Assembly: GCA_965207735.1 (NCBI GenBank)
Contig: OZ242296.1
Coordinates: 3,584,001 to 3,648,000, forward strand
Source of the DNA: Candidatus Versatilivorator sp.
GTDB lineage: Bacteria > Acidobacteriota > Terriglobia > Versatilivoradales > Versatilivoraceae
Length of the DNA: 64,000 nucleotides
Direction: 5' to 3'
Position numbers and translations under genes: made by a program
Notes under the pieces: generated by a model
What the model was told of the DNA's origin: nothing
What the model saw: only the letters and a program-made list of their open reading frames with translations
Databases searched by the model: none
Shown here: piece by piece, positions 38,494 through 48,311 of the stretch
Position numbering within the stretch: the stretch's first letter is position 1
Layout: each line of letters begins with the position of its first letter

Positions 38494-38615
38494 TAGCGGA
38501 GGGGTTCGGGAACAGGCAAGATCTGGTTGCCTTTTAGAGGACAGCGCGGAGAGCGACAAGATGCTGAACGCATCGATCGAATCACTATCCACCGACCACT
38601 ATCCACTATTCACTC
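38494..38615 (+). repeat. ~125-bp dispersed repeat ending in CACTATC heptamers, copy 1
   Basis: Aligns end-to-end with 43899-44030. Confidence 0.8.
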
Positions 38616-38695
38616 GCCGCGGCCCCTCCGGTTGAATGGCTTCCGATCATTGTGCTACCGTTGGGGTTTCCTTTCCCGCCGTTCCGAATCTCTCT

Positions 38696-39715
38696 ATGGA
38701 CCAGGATCGAATCATTTCGGGGGCTCCCTTCGAGGAGGAGCAGAGCTACGAGCTCAGCCTGCGCCCCAAGGTTCTGCAGGAGTATATAGGCCAGACCCAG
38801 GTCAAGCAGAACCTGGAGATCTCGGTGGCGGCGGCCCGCTCCCGCGGCGAGGCCCTGGACCACGTGCTGCTCTACGGTCCACCCGGCTTGGGAAAGACCA
38901 CCCTGGCCGCTGTCATCGCCAACGAGCTGGGAGTGGGGCTGAAGACCACCACCGGGCCCATCATTCAGATCAAGGGAGACTTGACGGCCATTCTCACCAA
39001 CCTGCAGGCCAACGACGTGCTGTTCATCGACGAGATTCACCGCCTGCTGCCTCAGATCGAGGAGATCCTCTATCCGGCCCTGGAGGACTTCAAGCTGGAT
39101 CTGATCATCGGCCAGGGGCCCAGCGCCAGAAGCGTGGCGCTCAATCTCCCCCCCTTTACGCTGGTGGGCGCCACCACCCGGGCAGGGCTGATCTCCTCTC
39201 CGCTGAGATCCCGCTTCGGCATCGTGCACCGGCTCGACTACTACACCGAGGAGGAGCTGGGGGTGATCGTGAAACGCTCGGCCGAAATCCTGGGCATCCG
39301 GATCGATGCGGCGGGAACCAGGGAAATCGCCGCCCGGTCGCGCGGCACGCCCCGGGTGGGCAACCGCCTGCTCCGCAGGGTCCGCGACTACGCCCAGGTG
39401 AAGGCCGACGGGGCCATCGACCGGGAGGTGGCTCGCCGGAGCCTGGCCATGCTGGCTATCGACGACACCGGATTTGACGAGAACGACAAGAAGCTGATCA
39501 AGACCATTATCGAGAAATTCTCCGGCGGACCGGTCGGGGTGGCCACCCTGGCGGCTGCCATCAGCGAGGAAGTGGACGCCATCGAGGACATCTACGAGCC
39601 CTATCTGATTCAGCGGGGCCTGCTGCAACGCACTCCCCGAGGCCGGATGGCCACCAAACTGGCCTACGAACACTTCGGTCTGACCCCCACGCCCGGCCAA
39701 CTCCCCCTGCTGTGA
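38696..39715 (+). CDS. ruvB: Holliday junction branch migration helicase RuvB
   Basis: [50 protein letters not shown]. Confidence 0.98.
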   Translation: MDQDRIISGAPFEEEQSYELSLRPKVLQEYIGQTQVKQNLEISVAAARSRGEALDHVLLYGPPGLGKTTLAAVIANELGVGLKTTTGPIIQIKGDLTAILTNLQANDVLFIDEIHRLLPQIEEILYPALEDFKLDLIIGQGPSARSVALNLPPFTLVGATTRAGLISSPLRSRFGIVHRLDYYTEEELGVIVKRSAEILGIRIDAAGTREIAARSRGTPRVGNRLLRRVRDYAQVKADGAIDREVARRSLAMLAIDDTGFDENDKKLIKTIIEKFSGGPVGVATLAAAISEEVDAIEDIYEPYLIQRGLLQRTPRGRMATKLAYEHFGLTPTPGQLPLL

Positions 39716-39754
39716 ATGCACCGGCTGATTTGGCGAAAGCAAAAAAGGCAAAGA

Positions 39755-39770
39755 TGAATACATATATTCA
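39755..39770. promoter_or_regulatory. Palindromic operator candidate for TA autoregulation
   Basis: TGAATA-CATA-TATTCA inverted repeat in an AT-rich stretch 23 nt upstream of the antitoxin ATG. Confidence 0.55.
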
Positions 39771-39793
39771 GCAGACTGCGGAGGACCGGCGAC

Positions 39794-40021
39794 ATGGCGA
39801 CTTCGATTCGACTTGCTCCGGAAACCGAGCAACGGCTTGATTTTCTGGCCTCGCGGACCGGGCGCACCAAGGCCTTCTACCTGCGTGAGATGATTGAGCG
39901 TGGCCTAGAGGATATGGAGGACTACTACCTTGCCGCGGAGGTGCTGGAGCGCCTTCGTCGAGGCACGGAGAAAGTATACTCCTCCGCTGACGTGAGGAAT
40001 GACCTCAACCTGGACGATTGA
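39794..40021 (+). CDS. RelB/CopG-like ribbon-helix-helix antitoxin
   Basis: SIRL..ETEQRLD.LA..TGRTKAFY.RE.I...LEDMEDYYLA; GGAGG RBS. Confidence 0.88.
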   Translation: MATSIRLAPETEQRLDFLASRTGRTKAFYLREMIERGLEDMEDYYLAAEVLERLRRGTEKVYSSADVRNDLNLDD

Positions 40022-40270
40022 GTACACCGCAACCGCTCGAACCCAGCTTGCAAGCTCGACAGGCGGATGGCTCGACGCATTGTCGATACCATGAACGAGC
40101 GGGTTGCTGGACTGGAGAACCCCCGGAGCCTGGGCACGGCGCTGACCGGGCCAATGGGCGATTTGTGGCGTTATCGGGTAGGAGATTGCCGGGTGATCTG
40201 CGACATTCAAGACGATGGTTTGCGTGTCCTGGTGGTGAGGGTCGGTAGTCGCGACAAGGTGTACCGGTAA
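39999..40270 (+). pseudogene. RelE/StbE family toxin, frameshifted near 40050
   Basis: MTSTWTIEYTATARTQL (from ATG 39999) continues in the -1 frame as KLDRRMARRI...NPRSLG.AL.G..GDLWRYRVGDCRVICDIQD...LVVRVG.R..VY. Confidence 0.75.
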
Positions 40271-40316
40271 AGGGGTTGGGTGGCGGTGAGTCGTAGCCTG
40301 CAAATGGAACCCTACC

Positions 40317-40832
40317 ATGGGGCATGGCAGCGCCGGGACCCGGGAAGCAGCCTCGCAGGCGGTTCTGGGTCTCGGCTCCAATGTCGGTGACCGGCGCACG
40401 CAGCTGCGGCGGGCGATTGAGGGCCTGGCTGCCGCCGGGCTGGAGATCCTGCAGACCTCCTCCCTCTATCTCACCGAGCCGGTGGACTATCCCGACCAGC
40501 CCTGGTTTCTCAACCAGGCCCTGTTGGCCCGCACCCGGCTTTCTCCCCACCCGCTGCTGGCCTGCTGCCTCGAGGTGGAGGAGGCGCTGGGGCGGCAGCG
40601 CCGGCTGCCCAAGGGCCCCCGCACCATAGACGTCGACATCCTGCTCTTCGCCGACTGCATCCTCAGCGACTCGAAGCTGACCATCCCTCACCCCAGATTC
40701 CACCTCAGAAGGTTCGCCCTGACGCCGGCGGCCGAAATTGCCGCCGACTGGACCCACCCGAGTCTGGGCCTGTCGCTGGCCGCCTTGCTGGACTGCTGCC
40801 GGGACCCGGCCCAGGTTGTCCGAGTGGAGTGA
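40317..40832 (+). CDS. folK: 2-amino-4-hydroxy-6-hydroxymethyldihydropteridine diphosphokinase
   Basis: LGLGSNVGD, FLNQ, GPRTIDVDIL, IPHP...R.F. Confidence 0.95.
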   Translation: MGHGSAGTREAASQAVLGLGSNVGDRRTQLRRAIEGLAAAGLEILQTSSLYLTEPVDYPDQPWFLNQALLARTRLSPHPLLACCLEVEEALGRQRRLPKGPRTIDVDILLFADCILSDSKLTIPHPRFHLRRFALTPAAEIAADWTHPSLGLSLAALLDCCRDPAQVVRVE

Positions 40833-40938
40833 ATCTGCTAGGCTAGCACTGGCGCCTGGATCGGTGTTCTGACCGGGACGCCCGCCGGACCTTTGGCCCA
40901 AAACAAGCATTCCATACCGATGACAAGGAGCGTATCGA

Positions 40939-41799
40939 ATGAGCGCTACCCCTCCCCTTCAGACCGACAAGGTCACCGTACCCAGCCTCCTCAAGCGCAA
41001 GCACAAGGGCGGCAAGATCGTCTGCCTGACCGCCTATGACTACCCCTTCGCCCGCATCCTGGACCAGGCGGGAATCGATCTGGTGCTGGTGGGCGATTCG
41101 CTGGCCACCACCCGGCTGGGTCAGGATTCGACCCTCCCCCTGAGAGTCAAGGACGTCCTGCCGCACCTCAAGGCCGTTCGCCGGGGTCTGCAACGGGCTC
41201 TGCTGGTGGCCGATCTGCCTTACGGTTCCTACCACTTGAGCAGCAAGCAAGCCCTGAAGAACGCCCTGAAGTTCGTCAAGGCCGGCGCCGAGGCGGTGAA
41301 GATCGAAGGCGGCGCCAGGCGAGGCCGTCTGGTCAGGAAGCTGGTGCGGGCTGAAATTCCCGTCATGGGGCACGTGGGGTTGACCCCCCAGTCGCTGCAC
41401 GTGATGGGTGGCTACCGGGTGCAGGGCAAGAGCCCGGAGTCGGCCGATGCCGTGATGGCCGATGCCCTGGCCTTGCAGGAAGCGGGCGCCTTTGCCGTGG
41501 TCCTGGAGGGCGTGCCCGAGACTCTGGCCTTTCAGGTCACCCAGGAACTGCGAATTCCCACCATCGGCATCGGGGCCGGACCCCACTGTGACGGGCAGAT
41601 CCTGGTCTGCGACGACCTCTTCGGCCTGACCTTCTCTCGAAAACCCAGATTTGTCAGGCAGTACGTCGATCTCAAGGAGATCCTCTCTCGAGCCACTCAC
41701 CAATACGTCAGCGACTGCCTCTCGGGAGACTTTCCCTCCCGCAAGGAGACCTACTATCCGGCTGAGTTCCCCCGCTTGGAAGAGGCGCTGAAGCGATAA
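40939..41799 (+). CDS. panB: 3-methyl-2-oxobutanoate hydroxymethyltransferase
   Basis: LTAYD, LVGDSL, VKIEGG, MGHVGLTPQ, IGIGAG..CDGQILV. Confidence 0.97.
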   Translation: MSATPPLQTDKVTVPSLLKRKHKGGKIVCLTAYDYPFARILDQAGIDLVLVGDSLATTRLGQDSTLPLRVKDVLPHLKAVRRGLQRALLVADLPYGSYHLSSKQALKNALKFVKAGAEAVKIEGGARRGRLVRKLVRAEIPVMGHVGLTPQSLHVMGGYRVQGKSPESADAVMADALALQEAGAFAVVLEGVPETLAFQVTQELRIPTIGIGAGPHCDGQILVCDDLFGLTFSRKPRFVRQYVDLKEILSRATHQYVSDCLSGDFPSRKETYYPAEFPRLEEALKR

Positions 41800-41804
41800 T
41801 CCGC

Positions 41805-42650
41805 ATGGAAGTGGTTCGATCGCTGGAGGTCTTCAGGCGCCTCCGCAAGAGTTGGCCGGATGGAGGCCCGGAGGTCTGCCTGGTGCCCACCATGGGAGCC
41901 CTTCACGCCGGCCACCTCAGCCTGGTCGAGGCGGCCCGGAAACGGTCCGACCGGGTGGTGGTGTCCATTTTCGTCAATCCCACCCAATTCGCTCCCGGAG
42001 AAGACTTCGAGCGCTATCCCCGGCCCCTCGAAGGAGACTTGAAGGCGCTGGAGCGGCTGGGCGTGGGGACGGTCCTGGCTCCCGAGGCCGGCGAGATTTA
42101 TCCGGCCGGCCACCGCACCCGGGTCCTGGTGGAGGGGCTGGACCGGAAGCTGTGCGGCCTAAGCCGCCCCACTCATTTCCAGGGGGTGGCCACGGTGGTG
42201 CTCAAGCTTCTCCATCTGGTGCAGCCACGGGTCGCCTTCTTCGGACAGAAGGATGCCCAGCAGTCCATCCTGATTCGACGAATGGTCCGAGACCTGGATC
42301 TGGACATCGAGGTGGTGGTCTGTCCGACGGTCCGGGAACAAGATGGTCTGGCCGTCAGTTCCCGTAACCGGTACCTGAATCCTGAAGAGAGGAAGGCCGC
42401 TCCGGTCCTGTTTCGGGCCCTGGAATGGGCCGGCCGGGAGGTGGCCCTGGGGGAGCGCAGTGCGCCGGCCCTGCTGGCCGGGGTTCATCGATGCCTTGCC
42501 GCTGAAGCTAGGGTCCGGGTCGACTATGCCGCCATCGTGGACCCGGTCCACCTGGAACCGGTGGATCGGCTGCAAGGGAAATCGCTGCTGGCCCTGGCCG
42601 CCTTCGTCGGGACAACCCGCCTGATCGACAACACCTGGCTCACTCCCTGA
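41805..42650 (+). CDS. panC: Pantoate-beta-alanine ligase
   Basis: VPTMGALHAGH, SIFVNPTQF, RPTHFQGV, FGQKDAQQ, SSRN.YL, RLIDN. Confidence 0.97.
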   Translation: MEVVRSLEVFRRLRKSWPDGGPEVCLVPTMGALHAGHLSLVEAARKRSDRVVVSIFVNPTQFAPGEDFERYPRPLEGDLKALERLGVGTVLAPEAGEIYPAGHRTRVLVEGLDRKLCGLSRPTHFQGVATVVLKLLHLVQPRVAFFGQKDAQQSILIRRMVRDLDLDIEVVVCPTVREQDGLAVSSRNRYLNPEERKAAPVLFRALEWAGREVALGERSAPALLAGVHRCLAAEARVRVDYAAIVDPVHLEPVDRLQGKSLLALAAFVGTTRLIDNTWLTP

Positions 42651-42680
42651 GTCGGGGGCTTCGGCACTGTCCGGGACTTT

Positions 42681-43874
42681 TCACGAGATCCCCCTCAGCC
42701 GACCATAGTTCCTGCCGTAAGTGACCTTGCCCAGGATCGCCGGATGGCGCGCGCCGGTAGCCGAGGGAACGTTGCCGGCAGCCAGCTCGATGGTCTCGTT
42801 GGCCAGCAGGGCGAATCCTATGGCCTCCTTGGCATCGGCAGGTATGCCCAGGGAATCGGTGGGCGCCACCTTCAAGTCGGGCAGCAGCTCATGCAGGCGC
42901 CCCATCAGGTAGGCGTTGTGGACGCCCCCGCCGGAAACCAGCAGCCGGTCCCAGTTGTGGGAGGTCTCAGTGTGGCGCAGCACGGCGTGGCTGACGGTGC
43001 GAGCCGTCAGCTCGGCGGCCGTGCAGACCAGGTCCGGTGTGGCGGCCGACCCGGCCGCCGCCAGCATCCGTTCCACGAAGGCCTGGCCGAACTGTTCCCG
43101 TCCGGCCGACTTGGGAGGCTTGCGGGCGAAGTAGGGATCGGCCAGCAGAGATTCCAGCAGGGCCGGGATGGGCCTTCCCGACAGGGCCAGTCGTCCATCG
43201 GCGTCGAACCCGCGAGAATCTGCGCCCAGGCGCCGGACCAAAGCATCGATCACCATGTTGCCGGGCCCGCTGTCGAAGGCCTGGACCTCGGATATCCCGC
43301 CTGCCGGGGGCAGCAGGGTGAGGTTGGCGATGCCGCCCAGGTTCAGCAGCACCCGTCCCCTCCGGGGATCTCGAAACAGCAGGAAGTCCACCAGCGGAAT
43401 GAGCGGAGCTCCGGTCCCTCCGGCTGCCATATCCGCGGGACGAAAGTCCGAAACCGTGGTCACTCCCGTCTCCTCCGCCAGAACGGCGGCCTCTCCGATC
43501 TGCAGGGTGGAGGCGACCGGTCGGCCGCAGAAGTCGCCGGGGTCGGATTGGTGGAATATGGTCTGGCCGTGGGACCCGATCAGATCCAGCCGGTCGAGGG
43601 GGAGCTCGACGCCCCGGCACACCTCCTTGACGGCTCGCGAGTAGAGGCGCCCCAGCAGAACCCCCAGGTGGCTGATGAAGCCGGCCGCGACCAGCTGGCC
43701 GGAAGCGACCCGCAGAAGCGCTTGGCGGACGTCGTCCGGATAGGGAGTGGAAAGGAAGTGCCTGAGCTGAACGGAGCAGCCCTCACCCGACCGGACGATC
43801 CGCACCAAGGCGGCATCCACGCCGTCCAGCGAGGTTCCCGACATGAGGCCGACCACCAGCTTGGAGTCTTTCAT
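42681..43874 (-). CDS. anmK: Anhydro-N-acetylmuramic acid kinase
   Basis: GLMSGTSLDGVD, GSHGQT, GG.GAPL, NLGGIAN, DSGPGN, KSAGRE.F, AKEA..FA. Confidence 0.96.
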   Translation of the reverse strand: MKDSKLVVGLMSGTSLDGVDAALVRIVRSGEGCSVQLRHFLSTPYPDDVRQALLRVASGQLVAAGFISHLGVLLGRLYSRAVKEVCRGVELPLDRLDLIGSHGQTIFHQSDPGDFCGRPVASTLQIGEAAVLAEETGVTTVSDFRPADMAAGGTGAPLIPLVDFLLFRDPRRGRVLLNLGGIANLTLLPPAGGISEVQAFDSGPGNMVIDALVRRLGADSRGFDADGRLALSGRPIPALLESLLADPYFARKPPKSAGREQFGQAFVERMLAAAGSAATPDLVCTAAELTARTVSHAVLRHTETSHNWDRLLVSGGGVHNAYLMGRLHELLPDLKVAPTDSLGIPADAKEAIGFALLANETIELAAGNVPSATGARHPAILGKVTYGRNYGRLRGIS

Positions 43875-43898
43875 GGGGCCGCCGCTTGGTTGAGTGGC

Positions 43899-44030
43899 TA
43901 GCGGAGCGTTCCGGGAGCAGGCAAGCGCCCGCTGACCTGGTTGCGTTTTTCAAGGACTGCGCCGAGATCTACAAGGGGCTTAACGCATGGATCGAATCAC
44001 TATCCACTATCCACTGACCACTAGTCACTC
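43899..44030 (+). repeat. ~130-bp dispersed repeat ending in CACTATC heptamers, copy 2
   Basis: Aligns with 38494-38615; abuts the mutS stop codon. Confidence 0.8.
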
Positions 44031-46640
44031 TCACAGGCTTTCCTTGAGTCGGTGGATGGCTTGCAGGGCCTGCAAGGGAGTCATCCGGTCGGGGTCCAGC
44101 CTGCGCAACTGCTCCAGCGCCTCGTGCTCGGAGACCACGAACAGGTTGAGCTGCTTGCCGGAGTTGTTCTTCCTGCGCTGGTAGTTCCGGGTCAGATGGT
44201 TGCTGATTTCGTGCTCTCCCTGTTCATGCCCCCGCAGGATCTCCCGGGCCCGCTGGATCACGGGCCGAGGCAGGCCGGCCAGGCGGGCCACCTCGATACC
44301 GTAGCTCTTGTCGGCGCTTCCCGGCTCGACCCGCCGGAGGAATACGATCTCGTTGCCCGACTCCTTGACCGTCACCTGGTAGTTCTTCACTCCGGGCAGC
44401 AACTGGGCCAGCTCGGTCAGCTCGTGGTAGTGGGTGGCGAAGAGGGTCTTGGACTGGTTGCGGGAGTGGAGGTGCTCCACCACCGACCAGGCGATGGAAA
44501 GTCCGTCGAAGGTGGCGGTGCCCCGGCCCACCTCATCCAGAATGACCAGGCTCCTGGGCGTGGCCGAATTCAGGATGACGGCCGTCTCGGTCATCTCCAC
44601 CATGAAGGTAGACCTGCCCCGGGCCAGGTTGTCGGAGGCTCCGATGCGGGTGAAGATCCGATCCACGATGGGCAGCTTGGCCTCCTGGGCCGGAACGAAG
44701 GAGCCCATCTGGGCCATGACCGAGAAGAGCGCTGCCTGGCGGAGATAGGTGGATTTGCCCCCCATATTGGGCCCGGTGATGATCAGAACCTGGTCGGTGG
44801 TGGGGTTCAGATAGAGGTCGTTGGGAATGAACCGACCGGTGGGGAGTTGTTCGCCCAGACGTTCGATGACCGGGTGCCGCCCCCCCTTGACCGTCAACTC
44901 TTCGCCGGTGTGGAGCGTGGGTTTCACGTAACCGAACTGATGGGCGGCGCCGGCCAGGGTGGCCAGGCAATCCAGTTGGGCCAGCGCGCGAGCCGTGTTG
45001 CGGATGCGCCGGCATTCCCGACCCACGGCGGCGCGGAGTTGGCAGAAAAGCTCGTACTCCAGCTCCACCAGGCGCTCCTCGGCCCCCAGCACCCGGCGTT
45101 CGTGCTCCTTCAGCTGGGGGGTGGTGAAGCGCTCCGCTCCCACTAGGGTCTGCTTGCGTTCATAGTCGGGGGGCACCCGTCCCAGGTTGGACCTGGAGAC
45201 CTCCAGGTAGTAGCCGAAGACCTGGTTGAACTTGACCTTCAGATTGGAAATCCCGGTGCGGGCGCGTTCGCCGGCTTCAAGCTCGGCAATGGTTTGCTTC
45301 CCCGAGGAGCTGTCCTTTCGCAGGCTGTCCAGCTCGGCGTTGAGCCCGGGCCGGATCAGCCGGCCCTCGGTCAACACCACCGGAGGATCGTCGTTGAGGG
45401 ACTCTCGGATCTTCGCCGCCACGTCGTCCAGCGGGTCGCTGGCCTGCTCCAGGCTGCTCAGCCGCGCCGCCGCAAGCGGCAGCAGCAGCTGCTTGAGTCC
45501 GGGGATCTGTTCCAGCGACTGCCTGAGCGCGATCAGGTCCCTGGCGTTGGCGCTGGAGAGGGCCACCTTGGAGGCCAGCCGCTCCAGGTCATAGACCTGC
45601 TTGAGCCGCTCCCTGAGCTCCTCCCGCAACACCAGGTCTTCGGTCAGCGCGGCCACTGCCTCCAGGCGGCTCTCAATCTCGGCGAGGTCGATTTCCGGCC
45701 GCAGCATCCAGGTCTTCAGGAGCCGGCCGCCCATTCCGGTGGCGGTGGCGTCCAGGCACTGAAGCAGGGTGCCGTTGCGGGACCCGTCGTAGAGGGACTC
45801 CAGCAGCTCCAGGTTCTTCACCGTCGACTGGTCCAGCAGCATTGCCTGGTCCAGCTCGTAGTAGTGCAGTCTGTCCAGGTGCAGCAACTCGCCGCGCTGG
45901 GTCTCCTGCAGGTAGTGCAGGGCCCCGCCGGCCGCGGCCACGGCCAGGACCCGCCCCTGACAGCCGAATCCATCCAGGCTGGCGACCTTGAAATGGTCGG
46001 TGAGCAGCCGTTGGGCAAAGTCCGAGGCAAAGATCCACTCCTCCACTTCCGTCTTGAGGGCGGATAGATTGGAGGCCCAAGCGGGATTCCGGTCGCTGAG
46101 CCGGGAGCACCAGATCAACTCCTTGGGTCCCAGTCGTTCCAGTTCCGTTTGCAGCATGGATTCCCGGGTACCGTCCCGAAACTCGGTGATTCGAAAATCG
46201 CCGGTGGAGACGTCTACCGAAGCCAGGCCCAGTCCGGAACCGTCCGAGAAAACGGCGCTCAGGAAGTTGTTTTCCCGTGGCTCCAGCAGGTTGCCGTCGC
46301 TCAGGGTGCCGGGGGTGACGACCCGGGTCACTTCCCGCTTCACCAGCTTCCTGGCGGTCTTGGGATTCTCGACCTGATCGCAAACGGCCACCCGGTAGCC
46401 TTTGCGGATCAGCTTGGAGACGTAGGCGTCGGCACTGTGGTAGGGAACCCCGCACATGGGGACCGGGGTCCCTTTTTCCTTGTTGCGCGACGTCAGGGTG
46501 ATTTCCAGCTCGCGGGCGGCCACAACGGCATCGTCGAAGAACATCTCGTAGAAGTCACCCAGCCGGAAGAACAGAATAGCGCCGGGAACCGACTTCTTGA
46601 TCTGATGGTATTGGGCCATCATGGGGGTGGAGGGTTGCAT
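44031..46640 (-). CDS. mutS: DNA mismatch repair protein MutS
   Basis: TPMMAQY, FRLGDFYEMF, TGPNMGGKST, STFMVEM, DEVGRGT, ATHYHEL, SYGIEVA. Confidence 0.98.
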   Translation of the reverse strand: MQPSTPMMAQYHQIKKSVPGAILFFRLGDFYEMFFDDAVVAARELEITLTSRNKEKGTPVPMCGVPYHSADAYVSKLIRKGYRVAVCDQVENPKTARKLVKREVTRVVTPGTLSDGNLLEPRENNFLSAVFSDGSGLGLASVDVSTGDFRITEFRDGTRESMLQTELERLGPKELIWCSRLSDRNPAWASNLSALKTEVEEWIFASDFAQRLLTDHFKVASLDGFGCQGRVLAVAAAGGALHYLQETQRGELLHLDRLHYYELDQAMLLDQSTVKNLELLESLYDGSRNGTLLQCLDATATGMGGRLLKTWMLRPEIDLAEIESRLEAVAALTEDLVLREELRERLKQVYDLERLASKVALSSANARDLIALRQSLEQIPGLKQLLLPLAAARLSSLEQASDPLDDVAAKIRESLNDDPPVVLTEGRLIRPGLNAELDSLRKDSSSGKQTIAELEAGERARTGISNLKVKFNQVFGYYLEVSRSNLGRVPPDYERKQTLVGAERFTTPQLKEHERRVLGAEERLVELEYELFCQLRAAVGRECRRIRNTARALAQLDCLATLAGAAHQFGYVKPTLHTGEELTVKGGRHPVIERLGEQLPTGRFIPNDLYLNPTTDQVLIITGPNMGGKSTYLRQAALFSVMAQMGSFVPAQEAKLPIVDRIFTRIGASDNLARGRSTFMVEMTETAVILNSATPRSLVILDEVGRGTATFDGLSIAWSVVEHLHSRNQSKTLFATHYHELTELAQLLPGVKNYQVTVKESGNEIVFLRRVEPGSADKSYGIEVARLAGLPRPVIQRAREILRGHEQGEHEISNHLTRNYQRRKNNSGKQLNLFVVSEHEALEQLRRLDPDRMTPLQALQAIHRLKESL

Positions 46641-46747
46641 GCCGAAGTCCGCTGAGAGGGGTCGGGAAGAGCGACCCCGAGAGGTGCTGGAGGCGTGCCG
46701 GGTGTGGACCTCCCGGGCAGGAGCGGCACACGCTGGGCTCACTGAGA

Positions 46748-46796
46748 TTGTTCCGTCAAAATCCCGGAGTATATAATCTGCCCCTGGGGGTGTCAA
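46748..46796. promoter_or_regulatory. Overlapping divergent sigma70 promoters of mutS and tsaB
   Basis: Minus strand: TTGACA (46796-46791), 17 nt, TATACT (46773-46768). Plus strand: TTGTTC (46748-46753), 18 nt, TATAAT (46772-46777). Confidence 0.6.
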
Positions 46797-46858
46797 CGAA
46801 CCCCGATCCCTGTTGCAGTCGAGCTTGAGGGCGGTCAGACCGCCGGGAGATCCCAGTC

Positions 46859-47542
46859 GTGAAACTCCTTTGCCTGGATACCTCCGGCAGCGCCGGAAGC
46901 ATCGTGTTGTCGGAGGATGACGCCATCCTGGGCGAGATCAACCTGGATTCCGCCTGCACCCACACCGCTCGACTGCTGTCCGGCATCCGGTACCTCATCG
47001 ACTACGCCGAAATCGGGCTGAACGACATTCAGGCCTTCGGGGTCATCTGCGGTCCGGGTTCCTTTACCGGCGTCCGGATCGGATTGACCACGGTCAAGGG
47101 CCTGGCGGAAACGCAGGAAAGACCCGCCGTGGCCGTGACCGCCTTCGAGGCCTGGGTGGAGAGGTTCCCGGAGTGGCAAGGGGTGATGGTTCCCATGATC
47201 GACGCCCGCCGGGGCGAGGTGTACGCTGCCGTCTTCGAGCGCCGCCGCTCCCGCCTGATTCAGCGGAATCCGGGATTCGTCGGCGCCCCCGGGGAGTTGC
47301 TGAATGCCCTGGACGAGGAGACCGTGCTTTTCCTGGGAGGCGGCGCCCAGAAATATCGGGATCTCATCCGGTCCCGGGGCCGCCCCCGGTGGCGGGTGGC
47401 CCAGACCGACCCCTTTCTGGGGCGTGCCCTGGCCTCCCTGGCGTCCTCCAAGGCGGACCGCGGGGAATGGACCGCGCCGCCGGACCTGCGCGCCTTCTAC
47501 CTGCGCCGTCCCGACGCGGAGGTCAATTGGAAGGGGCCCTGA
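46859..47542 (+). CDS. tsaB: tRNA threonylcarbamoyladenosine biosynthesis protein TsaB
   Basis: LCLDTS, GPGSFTGVRIG, IDARRGEVY, FYLR. Confidence 0.93.
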   Translation: MKLLCLDTSGSAGSIVLSEDDAILGEINLDSACTHTARLLSGIRYLIDYAEIGLNDIQAFGVICGPGSFTGVRIGLTTVKGLAETQERPAVAVTAFEAWVERFPEWQGVMVPMIDARRGEVYAAVFERRRSRLIQRNPGFVGAPGELLNALDEETVLFLGGGAQKYRDLIRSRGRPRWRVAQTDPFLGRALASLASSKADRGEWTAPPDLRAFYLRRPDAEVNWKGP

Positions 47543-47654
47543 GGAATCGCTTGGCCATCCCGTTTTCCATACGGATAGTGTCTGAATCTTCTTGCCGGTC
47601 CGCAGAGGACGAAGTCAGTCGGAGCCCGAGAATAGTCCGGCCACGGGGATTGGA

Positions 47655-48170
47655 ATGATTCTGCAGTGGGTGAAGCACATCCTCATCCTTCCGGGCACCA
47701 TCCTGGTGTACATTCCAGGCGCGATCCTGTGGCTGGTGGCCGAAAGGCCGGGCGCCATTGCTCCGGCAGGACCGGGACAGGTCCGATTCTGGATCGGCAT
47801 TGCCTTGGCGACGATCGGCCTGGTCTTGTCTACCTGGTGCGCCAGGCTGTTCGTGAAGGTCGGCAGGGGCACTCCCGCACCCTGGGCTCCGGCGCCGAGA
47901 CTGGTTGTCCGCGGTCCCTACCGCCATGTCAGAAATCCCATGATTGCGAGCGTACTTTTCCTCCTCGGCGCCGAGTCGCTGCTCTTGGGCTCCTGGCACC
48001 TGGCCGGGTGGATGGCGGTCTTTTTCCTGCTCAAGACGCTCTATTTCCTAAGGTTCGAGGAGCCGGGCCTGGAAACGCGATTCGGAGACAGCTATCGACG
48101 CTACAAGGCCAACGTGCCGCGCTGGTTACCCAGGCTGCGACCGTGGGACCCCGGGGGAGTGACAGGTTGA
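47655..48170 (+). CDS. Isoprenylcysteine carboxylmethyltransferase/PEMT family membrane methyltransferase
   Basis: G.GTPAPW, LVVRGPYRHVRNPM, EEPGL..RFG..Y..Y...VPRW. Confidence 0.85.
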   Translation: MILQWVKHILILPGTILVYIPGAILWLVAERPGAIAPAGPGQVRFWIGIALATIGLVLSTWCARLFVKVGRGTPAPWAPAPRLVVRGPYRHVRNPMIASVLFLLGAESLLLGSWHLAGWMAVFFLLKTLYFLRFEEPGLETRFGDSYRRYKANVPRWLPRLRPWDPGGVTG

Positions 48171-48311
48171 CCGATCGCTCACCGCCAATTGCTGTCCTGG
48201 ACACCGTCATTACCACGGGTCCGCATCGCGCAAACTCGACTGACACACGGTCTCTCCTAAAGAATACGTCTACTCGGAGATGCAGATTGACGCCGTAATC
48301 GGGGGAGGCTC

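Noticed and set aside
38583-38615. Heptamer tandem repeats and REP clusters as CRISPR array
   Set aside because: No 23-50-nt repeats with unique regular spacers and no cas genes.
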